A DNA stretch of 64,000 nt, taken from assembly GCA_963729895.1 (NCBI GenBank), contig CAVSQB010000022.1, positions 1 to 64,000 of the forward strand, written 5' to 3'. The notes under the pieces are model-generated. The model did not search any database. It saw nothing but the letters and a program-made list of their open reading frames with translations, and had not been told where the DNA came from. A program made the position numbers and the translations under genes. Origin of the DNA: an uncultured Fibrobacterota bacterium. Lineage in GTDB: Bacteria > Fibrobacterota > Chitinivibrionia > Chitinivibrionales > FEN-1185. Within the stretch, counting starts at the first letter, position 1. Each line of letters opens with the position of its first letter. Below are positions 1-7,976 of the stretch, piece by piece.

Positions 1-545
1 TAAAAGACCGCCGACAGGAGTCGGCGGCATTATTCCAGGCCAAGATCCAGCTGGATCGCGCCACAATCCTCACGTCCTTGGTGTTCAACGTAACTTATGA
101 TCGTTTTCTCGTCAAGCCCTATGGTTGAAACACCGTATCCGCGCGACCAGATTCCGCCGCCGCGTATCGCCTTCCCTATGCTTGGAAATCGCTCCGGCAG
201 TAATTTCCCCGTCCGCGATTTCACGAACTGCACTACGCTTGCGACAGATATCCGCGGCGGAATCATTACCACCATGTGTACATGGTCCAGCTGGACATTG
301 GCCCGGATTACCTCGATATCGTCGTCCATCCCATCAAGATGCTTCAGTACCTTTTCCAAATATTCTTTCACCCCTGTCACGAATATCCGACGACGATATC
401 GAGGAGTCAAGACGATGTGGTATTCTGTTCTGTATACGCAATGGGTGCCCTTCCGAAATCTCATTTACTCAAAATACGTTGTTGTCCACATCGTCTTGAC
501 AGCCCATCCATCCCCAGACTGGAGTCTGGGGGTTTATTGGGCAGA
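1..545 (-). mobile_element. IS200-type element (TnpA only); right end at or just beyond the window start
   Basis: Y1 transposase flanked by subterminal hairpins CCGCCGAC-agga-GTCGGCGG (8-27) and CCCCAGAC-tgga-GTCTGGGG (512-531). The left end abuts TTAG on the minus strand (549-546). No tnpB. Confidence 0.88.
30..464 (-). CDS. tnpA: IS200/IS605 family Y1 (HUH) transposase TnpA
   Basis: 144 aa; YHIVLTPRYRR N-terminal motif, HUH motif DHVH, WSRGY, catalytic Tyr in SYVEHQ. Confidence 0.93.
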   Translation of the reverse strand: MRFRKGTHCVYRTEYHIVLTPRYRRRIFVTGVKEYLEKVLKHLDGMDDDIEVIRANVQLDHVHMVVMIPPRISVASVVQFVKSRTGKLLPERFPSIGKAIRGGGIWSRGYGVSTIGLDEKTIISYVEHQGREDCGAIQLDLGLE

Positions 546-632
546 CTAAAGGGGAAAACACCTGAAGAATACAGAGGTCAATTCAAAGAGAAAACTCCCA
601 TTTCGACTGAGAAAGTAATTGGGGTATAGCCA
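546..632 (+). mobile_element. 3' terminal fragment (end of orfB plus right IR) of a second copy of the IS3 element at 46912-52041
   Basis: Identical to 51955-52041, ending in GGGGTATAGCCA. Confidence 0.92.
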
Positions 633-900
633 GAGGACTGGCGTCCAGATTGAAGTTGGCGGTGGCGGATAGTTTTCGGCCTAGAAGCGAATAGGTATAT
701 CCATTTATTGTAGTATCTGCGGTCATTACCCAACCGCTGGGAACGGTAAGCTGCATTTTTAAATCACCGCTAACGTACGTATTTCCTTGTATATAATCCG
801 CCGGTGCCTTCGGAGAGGTCGGACTTGTGCACAGGGAGAGAGTGAGAATGGAAATGCAAAGAGCATAAGACAAGAGCTTCAGTTGATGACGATGGCGCAT
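633..900 (-). pseudogene. Putative lipoprotein gene truncated by the IS3 insertion
   Basis: RBS AAGGAGG then ATG at 900; signal-like MRHRHQLKLLSYALCISILTLSL-C; the frame runs into the IS3 right end at 632. Confidence 0.65.
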
Positions 901-1226
901 TGTGAACTTCCCTCCTTTTGGGTATGGTTTTCCGCTGACAAAGATCCGTCGAAATTGGTCTTTCGATACGCGAGGGGCGCTCGTCGGGGGTGATGGGCAA
1001 TAAAAGGAGTGATAATATGTGTTTTTGTGTCCGGTCCAAGCAAAGGAAAAGCAATTGGCGCCGTCACTGATCCGGTGTTGCAATATGGGAATCCTGCCGG
1101 CGGGGCCGCAAAGTCTCCATTGCTGCTGAATGCCGAGCAGGTGCAAGCAAAACGGAAAAAGGAGGCGAACCGAGAGTCACGTTCTTTTTTTTGCATTTGC
1201 CAAACCCGCTTTGGCCTGACGGATAC

Positions 1227-2345
1227 CTAATTGATCTTTACAAATTGAACATCATTAAGAAGACCTGTGGTAGCTGCCCCTCCCAATATGTACAGATATC
1301 CATTGTTAACAACACTCGTGTGACTCTCGCGAGCAGTGCTAAACGGTGTTGTACTTTGCCAAGTTCCAAGACTTCCATCAGAATTTATCGCCACATACAT
1401 GACTGAGTCAAGTACTGCAAATGGCGTCGGTGTTGAGCCGCCGGTTAAGAAAAGGTAGTTGTTTGAAGCCACGAGCGCCATGCCACCGAGTGGAGACGTC
1501 ATTTGAGTTGTGGTTTGCCAGGGCGCCAAGGTGCCGTCCGAATTGCTCGTGGAGAATTGTACATCACTTAAAGCATAATAGCTGCCATTCCAGTTTAAGC
1601 CACCCATGGAATAAATATGCCCATCCCATGCCGCACTCGAATGAGTCCATCGGGCAGGAGAAAACGTTGATGTACTTTGCCATGCTCCAAGGCTCCCGTC
1701 GGCATTGAATTTGGCAAACTGCACATCGGTACAGGGAGCCGCAGCACTGTGAGTGAAGCCCTGAATCACATAGAGGTATCCATTAGAAACTGCACTGGCA
1801 AAAGCCCACCGTCCCGGCGAGTTAAACGGCGTAGTGCTTTGCCAATTGCCTACGCTCCCATCCCCATTAATGTGCGCATATTGCACATCGGTGGTGCCCA
1901 CGCCATTTCCGTTCCCATCATTTACATTACCTCCAATAACGTAGAGATACCCGTTGTTAACTACGCTGGTGTGGCCGACGCGAGGGGTATTGAATGATGT
2001 CGTATTTTGCCAGCTACCAAGAGTTCCATCCGCATTGATGGGTGCGTATTGTACGTCATTAAGCCATGATGCGGTAGAACTTGAGCCTCCCAAAACATAG
2101 ATATATCCATTATTAACCACACTCGTATGGCCCGAAAGGGCGATGATCGCGCTGTTGCCTACGGCGTGCCACAGGTCTCGCGAGTGAAACAGAAGATCGC
2201 CGTACCACCGCAGCGAGAATCCGCTCCAGGTCATGGTCTTCGATTCGTTGAACGAGAACAACACGAGCACGAGCAGCGGCGCATAGAAGAACACCATGGC
2301 CGCCGCAAACGCAAACAGCGACGTACGTCTTGTGTCGTGTGCCAT
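1227..2345 (-). CDS. Chimeric ORF: PotC permease N-terminus (~71 aa) fused to a ~6-blade Kelch beta-propeller
   Basis: N-terminus FFYAPLLVLVLFSFN..WSGFSLRWY..NSAIIA is PotC-like; from ~2130 down there are six repeats of type HTSVVNNGYLYVIGG..DVQ(Y/F)..N.DG.LG.WQ. Confidence 0.85.
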   Translation of the reverse strand: MAHDTRRTSLFAFAAAMVFFYAPLLVLVLFSFNESKTMTWSGFSLRWYGDLLFHSRDLWHAVGNSAIIALSGHTSVVNNGYIYVLGGSSSTASWLNDVQYAPINADGTLGSWQNTTSFNTPRVGHTSVVNNGYLYVIGGNVNDGNGNGVGTTDVQYAHINGDGSVGNWQSTTPFNSPGRWAFASAVSNGYLYVIQGFTHSAAAPCTDVQFAKFNADGSLGAWQSTSTFSPARWTHSSAAWDGHIYSMGGLNWNGSYYALSDVQFSTSNSDGTLAPWQTTTQMTSPLGGMALVASNNYLFLTGGSTPTPFAVLDSVMYVAINSDGSLGTWQSTTPFSTARESHTSVVNNGYLYILGGAATTGLLNDVQFVKIN

Positions 2346-2347
2346 TG

Positions 2348-3205
2348 TCAGGCCGGCTCCGTGATTCGCGGCGTTTCCCGCGACGCGTTGGCCTGAAGAT
2401 TAACAAACAGCAATACACCGATCATGGTGATGGCGGCAAGCGCCACGGAAATGGACGACGACAGCGGCAGGTTGCGCGACACGGTGAGTTCGCGCGCTAT
2501 CACGTTGCCGAGCATGAACGAGTCCCGCCCGCCCACGAGCTGCGGCACCGCGTACTGGCCGAACGCGGGTATGAAGGTGAAAAGGACCGCGGTGATGATG
2601 CCGGGCTTGATATTCGGCAGGAGCACGCGCAGCATCGACTGCATCTTCGAGGCGCCAAGGTCCTGCGCCGCCTCGACAAGGGAAAAATCGAATTTTTCTA
2701 TGGTCGCATAGAGCGGCAGGATTGCAAACGGCAGATACGTGTACGCCATCACGATAATAACCGCGTACTGGTTGTAGAGAAATTGGAGCGGTTCCCCAAT
2801 GAGGCCAATTGACATGAGAAAACCATTGAGAAAACCGTTGTTTCCCAGGATGGCGATCCATGCGTAGATGCGAATGAGGAAATTTGTCCAGAACGGTATG
2901 ATGACGAGAAACAGGAATACGTTTTTGTACCTGCTTCTCGCAATGAAATAGGAGGCGGGGAGTGCAAGCAGGAGCGTAAGGATTGTCGCCGCCGCCGATT
3001 GAACGAGGGTCCTGCCGGCCACGACAATCAGGCCCTTGTTTGCAAGCGCGGTATAGGCGTCAAGGGAGAACTGCCACACGACCCCGCCGTATATCCCCTT
3101 TTTGAGAAAGCTGTACACAAAAATGATGGCAAGGGGAACAATGAAAAAACCGGTGATCCAGGCCGCAACCGGCATGGTGTAGGCAGGACCGTAATTCCTC
3201 CTCAT
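2348..3205 (-). CDS. potB: Spermidine/putrescine ABC transporter permease PotB
   Basis: IIPFWTNFLIRIYAW, YTYLPFAILP, EAA loop EAAQDLGA; lies between potA and potC. Confidence 0.9.
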   Translation of the reverse strand: MRRNYGPAYTMPVAAWITGFFIVPLAIIFVYSFLKKGIYGGVVWQFSLDAYTALANKGLIVVAGRTLVQSAAATILTLLLALPASYFIARSRYKNVFLFLVIIPFWTNFLIRIYAWIAILGNNGFLNGFLMSIGLIGEPLQFLYNQYAVIIVMAYTYLPFAILPLYATIEKFDFSLVEAAQDLGASKMQSMLRVLLPNIKPGIITAVLFTFIPAFGQYAVPQLVGGRDSFMLGNVIARELTVSRNLPLSSSISVALAAITMIGVLLFVNLQANASRETPRITEPA

Positions 3206-4308
3206 GGCTTTGTCGCCTCCACCACATATCCGTCCTCTGCATTCCACCACACGAATACATCGTCACCGAAATTGATTTTGTTGTCCTCTACATCCGCGCC
3301 CCTTTGTTGCCGGAATACCTTTATCTGCGCGCCAGTGAGTGTCTTGACAAAGTACTTGGTGGGAAGCCCGTGTAAATTGTCTCCTCCACTTTCCCGGCAA
3401 GGCAGTTCCTGGTATCGCAGCGATCCGGCCTGCTCCGGGTAATGCGGATCCTTTCCGGCCGTATCGTACACTGGACCAAGTCTTTGGCTGCCGCTCCGCG
3501 AGGCGATGCCGTGCGAATCCGACCGGCGTCCTTTGTTTCGATGGTCGCCACGTCGTCTTCCAAGTCAACCATGGTCCCGGACAGGATATTGGTTTCGCCG
3601 ATGAAGGTCGCAACGAACCGGTCGGCCGGCCTTTCGTAGATCTCGGCAGGAGTGCCAACCTGGACGATCACCCCGTCGTTCATGACGGCAACCCGGTCCG
3701 ATACGCTGATCGCCTCCTGCTGGTCGTGCGTCACGTAGATGAAGGTTATTCCCACCTCGTCGTGGATCGCGTCAAGCTCGATGAGCATGTGCTGGCGAAG
3801 TTTTGCGTCAAGCGCGCTCAACGGTTCGTCGAGCAAGAGCACGCTCGGCTCGTTGATGAGCGCCCGGGCAATGGCCACCCGCTGCTTCTGGCCCCCGGAC
3901 AACTGCGAGGGCATCTTTGACATGTGCGAATCGAGCCTGACGAGCCCCAGGTACCGCTCCACCCGCTGCCTGAGCTCGGTGCGGCCCGTTTTTTTGAGGC
4001 GCAGGGGAAAGGCGACGTTTTCAAACACCGACAAATGCGGAAACAGGGCATAGCTTTGAAATACGGTGTTGACGTGCCGCTTGTTGGACGGCACGTGGAG
4101 CACGCTTTCGCCGTCGAGCAGTATGTCGCCCCGCGTAGGGTCTTCGAAGCCGGCGATCATCCGAAGCAGCGTGGTCTTGCCGCAGCCGGACGGTCCGAGC
4201 AGGGAAAAAAAATTCGCCTTTTTCTATTTCGAAGCGCGCATCATTGACGGCGCAGAAATTCCCGAAGTGTTTGCTGACGTTTTGTACGGTAACGCGGCTG
4301 CCCTTCAC
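3202..4308 (-). pseudogene. potA: PotA ABC ATPase with two frameshifts
   Basis: GTG start at 4308. An extra base in the A8 run (4205-4212) shifts the frame before Walker [17 protein letters not shown] and LLLDEP lie in ORF 3321-4160. A second shift near 3360 precedes the C-terminus TKYFVKT. Confidence 0.88.
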
Positions 4309-4403
4309 AAACGTTCCTTTCCCAGAACGCGCGGCCATGGATACGAGCGTAAAAATATATCTGCTCAGGAATCGGTCCGCAATCCATATAGTATTTTGCT
4401 CCT

Positions 4404-5024
4404 ATGGTTACCATCATCGACTACAAGGCCGGGAATCTCACCTCTGTCAAGCGCGCGCTCGATTTTCTCGGCATTCCGAACGTCATTACGCCCGATGCGG
4501 ACCTTCTCAGGAAAAGCGACCGCATCATTTTCCCCGGCGTTGGAAACGCCGCGTCGGCCATGCCCGTCATACGCGAGCGCGGCATCGACGAGGCCTTGCG
4601 CGAGTCATTCGTGCTCGGCACGCCCATTTTGGGCATTTGCCTCGGCACGCAAATCATTCTTTCCCGCTCCGAGGAGGGTGACACCGAGTGCCTGGGCCTG
4701 ATTGCGGGCTCGGTGAAAAGATTTTCGTTCAATGATGCATCGCTCAAGATCCCGCACATGGGCTGGAACGAAATTTCCATCAGTCAAAGTCACTGCCTTC
4801 TCAAGGACATTTCCCCGGGCACGCAATTGTACTTTGTCCATTCATATTATCCGCAGCCCGACGATGAAGCCATGGTGTTTGCAACCGCATCGTACGGGAT
4901 CGTTTTCCCCTGCGCCATCGGCAGGCACAACTTGTTCGCCACGCAATTCCATCCGGAAAAAAGCGGTCCGGCCGGGCTGTCGATACTCAGGAATTTTGCC
5001 TGCTGGGAGCCGTCGGCATGCTGA
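4404..5024 (+). CDS. hisH: Imidazole glycerol phosphate synthase, glutaminase subunit
   Basis: [33 protein letters not shown]. Confidence 0.97.
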   Translation: MVTIIDYKAGNLTSVKRALDFLGIPNVITPDADLLRKSDRIIFPGVGNAASAMPVIRERGIDEALRESFVLGTPILGICLGTQIILSRSEEGDTECLGLIAGSVKRFSFNDASLKIPHMGWNEISISQSHCLLKDISPGTQLYFVHSYYPQPDDEAMVFATASYGIVFPCAIGRHNLFATQFHPEKSGPAGLSILRNFACWEPSAC

Positions 5025-5794
5025 GCAAACGGATCATCTCGTGTCTTGACGTTCGCGATGGCGCACTCGCCAAGAGCGTCAAATTCGTCGACACCAAGGA
5101 CATCGGAGACCCGGTGACGACCGCCCGGCGCTATTACGAAGACGGCATCGACGAGCTGGTGTTTTACGACATCACGGCTTCGAGCGACAAGCGCGACATC
5201 GTGCTTGACGTGGTGAGCAACGTTGCGGCACAGATCTTTATTCCGTTTTCGGTCGGCGGCGGCCTTCGGTCGGTTGGCGACTGCACAAAGGTGCTCCGCG
5301 CCGGTGCGGAAAAGGTAAATGTCAACACCGCCGCCGTTGCGCGCCCCGGGCTTATCACCGAAGCATCGGCCGCGTTCGGAGCGCAATGTGTGGTGCTGTC
5401 CATGGACGTGCTTGCGGTTCCTGTTTCGAAGGATACGCCATCGGGCTACGAGATTGTCACGCACGGCGGCCGGACCCGTACCGGTATGGACGCCGTGGAA
5501 TGGGCGCGGCGCGGGGAATCGCTGGGCGCGGGTGAATTGGTTGTCAATTCGATCGATGCCGACGGCACAAAAGAGGGATACGAGATTCGGCTCACCCGCG
5601 CCGTTGCCGGGGCCGTAGGTATTCCGGTGATCGCCTCGGGCGGCGGCGGAACGCCCGAGCACCTTTATCGGGTGCTCACCGAGGGAAAAGCGGATGCCGC
5701 GCTTGTTGCCTCCATCCTTCACTATGGGGAATACTCCGTGAGGGAGATCAAGCGGTATTTGCGGGCCAAGGGTGTGCCGATCAGGATGGTTTGA
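5018..5794 (+). CDS. hisF: Imidazole glycerol phosphate synthase, cyclase subunit
   Basis: [37 protein letters not shown]. Confidence 0.97.
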   Translation: MLSKRIISCLDVRDGALAKSVKFVDTKDIGDPVTTARRYYEDGIDELVFYDITASSDKRDIVLDVVSNVAAQIFIPFSVGGGLRSVGDCTKVLRAGAEKVNVNTAAVARPGLITEASAAFGAQCVVLSMDVLAVPVSKDTPSGYEIVTHGGRTRTGMDAVEWARRGESLGAGELVVNSIDADGTKEGYEIRLTRAVAGAVGIPVIASGGGGTPEHLYRVLTEGKADAALVASILHYGEYSVREIKRYLRAKGVPIRMV

Positions 5795-5936
5795 AATCGT
5801 GCCTTGTTCGCCTTGCGCGCGCCCGCCCAATCGATCTACTTCGGCTCGCCGACATTCAGTATTTTATCGGTTCCCATGAACCCGGCAGTCGGCTGCAGGC
5901 CATGGGGATTTCGCTTATTCTCCCGCGGAGGCTTTT

Positions 5937-7139
5937 ATGTCTTTGGGCAAAGCATCTTTTCCCTACGTGATTATCGGCGGCGGGCTTGCCGGGGCGTCCG
6001 CCGTAGCCGGCATACGGGAAGTTGACAAGAACGGCGCCGTTCTTTTAGTGTGCAGCGAGCCCCATCTTCCCTATCACCGTCCTCCCTTGTCAAAAGGATT
6101 ATGGCTGGGGAAAAAAAGCATTGATGATATCTACGTCTACGCCGCGAACTACTATGAGGATAACGGGGTAACCGTGGTCGGCGGCAACCCCGCCGTCTCA
6201 ATTGACACAAGCAACAAGACTGTGGCGTGCGCTTCCGGCGTGGAATACTCATTCCAAAAGCTTTTGATTGCCACCGGCGGCGCGCCAAAAACGCTCCCGG
6301 GAGGTCAGGCCGGCATAAGCTACTTTCGCTATCTTGACGACTACGTCAGCCTGCGGCGCGAGCTTGTTCCCGGGAAATCGGCGGTTATTGTCGGCGGAGG
6401 ATTCATCGGTTCGGAGATGGCCGCTGTCCTGGCGGCGAACAAGGTCAGCGTGACAATGCTATTCCCGGGCCACTATCCGTGCGAGGCCGTTTTTCCCGCG
6501 TCTCTCGGCGGTGCGGTACGGGGCCGGTTTGAACGCGGTGGAATACGGCTTTTGACAGAGACGAAGCCGGCAGGCTTCGACCTGAACGGCAAACGGCCGG
6601 TCACCCGGACCGAATCCGGCGAGAAAATCGAGTCCGATTGTATTATTGCCGGTATCGGAATCCGTCCGTCTACCGAAATTGCGGAAAAAGCGGGGATTGT
6701 ATGCGACAACGGCATTGTGGTGAACGAACAGCTCCAATCGTCCGCATCGGACATCTACGCTGCAGGAGACGTTGCGCGATTCCCCTACCGTATAGTGTCG
6801 TCGCTCATGCGTGTTGAGCACTGGGACAATGCAATGTCTCAGGGAACGTGCGCCGGCAGGAACATGGCGGGCGCACACGAGGCGTACGTGCACATGCCCT
6901 ATTTCTTTTCCGATTTGTTTGAATACGGGTATGAGGCTGTGGGCGACGTCAACGCTTCCTACGATACGGTTGAAGACTGGCGCACGGAATACGAGAAGGG
7001 TGTCGTGTACTTCGTAAAGAACGCCCGATGTGTGGGCGTGCTTCTCCTTAACGTGTGGGACAAACTTGACGCCGCGCGAGCAGTCATCAGAGACGGCGCG
7101 GCGGGGTCGGTGGCCGCGTTGCGCGGGGCGATTCGGTAA
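5937..7139 (+). CDS. FAD/NAD(P)H-dependent oxidoreductase, ferredoxin reductase-like
   Basis: GGGLAG and GGGFIG Rossmann motifs, PYHRPPLSK, IYAAGD, RVEHWDNA, PYFFSD. Confidence 0.9.
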   Translation: MSLGKASFPYVIIGGGLAGASAVAGIREVDKNGAVLLVCSEPHLPYHRPPLSKGLWLGKKSIDDIYVYAANYYEDNGVTVVGGNPAVSIDTSNKTVACASGVEYSFQKLLIATGGAPKTLPGGQAGISYFRYLDDYVSLRRELVPGKSAVIVGGGFIGSEMAAVLAANKVSVTMLFPGHYPCEAVFPASLGGAVRGRFERGGIRLLTETKPAGFDLNGKRPVTRTESGEKIESDCIIAGIGIRPSTEIAEKAGIVCDNGIVVNEQLQSSASDIYAAGDVARFPYRIVSSLMRVEHWDNAMSQGTCAGRNMAGAHEAYVHMPYFFSDLFEYGYEAVGDVNASYDTVEDWRTEYEKGVVYFVKNARCVGVLLLNVWDKLDAARAVIRDGAAGSVAALRGAIR

Positions 7140-7173
7140 CGCGCCGCGCGACGGTTTTGCCTTGCGGGACGCT

Positions 7174-7764
7174 TTAGAGCGTGAGAAGACTTTCGAGAAG
7201 ATTTTGCAGGCCGGAAACCATTGCGTTTCTGGCAACCGTGACCGCAAACGGCGCGGTAGTGAGCGCCGACCGCGAATTTTCGGCACGAATGACGAACTGA
7301 TTGACAAGTGCTCCAGATGCCGCGGCTCTCACTTTTACCCTGAATTTTATCCTCGCCTTGATCTGCTGAGAAAACACCTTGTTCGTTTCCTCCACGGTTA
7401 ACTCGAGCATTTCCGCGTCGACCTGAAAATCCGCGCTTTTTTTGTCTTCGGCCAGCGCTCCAAGTTCGCGGAACATGCCGTCAAGCGAACGTTGAAGGAT
7501 CGCGCTCGGCAGCGGGTTGCAGAGAAGCGCCGACATCGTGAACCGCCCGGTGCGCGTCGCGCCCACCGTGTCGGAGCCGGCGTTCTTTCTCTTGTCCACG
7601 ACATCGCCGACAATGAATTTCTTGGTAAGCTTCTTGGTGAAAAGGTCTGAATAATTCTGGATACTCGGATCGATTTCGACCGGGGCGCCAATCTCTCCTG
7701 CACACAGTATCGCCGGAAACAACGCAATGACCATGGACAGTCTCGCGCGTAATGAGCGGTTCAT
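7174..7764 (-). CDS. Exported hypothetical protein (YajG-like fold possible)
   Basis: GGAGG RBS before ATG at 7764; N-terminal signal-like hydrophobic stretch; VGDVVDKR motif. Confidence 0.65.
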   Translation of the reverse strand: MNRSLRARLSMVIALFPAILCAGEIGAPVEIDPSIQNYSDLFTKKLTKKFIVGDVVDKRKNAGSDTVGATRTGRFTMSALLCNPLPSAILQRSLDGMFRELGALAEDKKSADFQVDAEMLELTVEETNKVFSQQIKARIKFRVKVRAAASGALVNQFVIRAENSRSALTTAPFAVTVARNAMVSGLQNLLESLLTL

Positions 7765-7913
7765 GTTATCCTCCATGAGGTTGTCGGCGCGACAATGAAT
7801 ATACACTGCGGCTTGCCCTCGAAAACGCGGGAGGGCGCTCGAAAATCGGCGTGAGATCCAAAACGGAATGGCTGCCGAGCACCTCGATCATCGCAGTCCT
7901 TATTATCACCTTG

Positions 7914-7951
7914 AAAAAAGAAGGAAGAAGCAGTACGCCTCTTCCTTCTTT
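7914..7951 (-). terminator. Rho-independent terminator after the OmpA-domain gene
   Basis: 12-bp stem AAAGAAGGAAGA/TCTTCCTTCTTT running into a T-tract on the minus strand. Confidence 0.55.
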
Positions 7952-7976
7952 AATCTCCAGCATCAAAAGCTCAGTT

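Noticed and set aside
1..30. tnpB or omega-RNA associated with the IS200
   Set aside because: The right-end hairpin follows the tnpA stop immediately, leaving no room for tnpB
1085..1145. GGGCCGCAAAG..TGCCGA resembling a c-di-GMP-I riboswitch
   Set aside because: The GNRA/receptor and P1 elements are not convincing, and on this strand there is no downstream gene to regulate
583..1146. 187-aa ORF as given in the track
   Set aside because: The real start is probably 900 (RBS and signal peptide), and the last codons come from the IS3 end
4404..5794. hisH-hisF pair as LPS-locus amidotransferase paralogues
   Set aside because: They are far from the glycan locus, have no N-acetyl sugar amidotransferase neighbour, and show canonical His motifs
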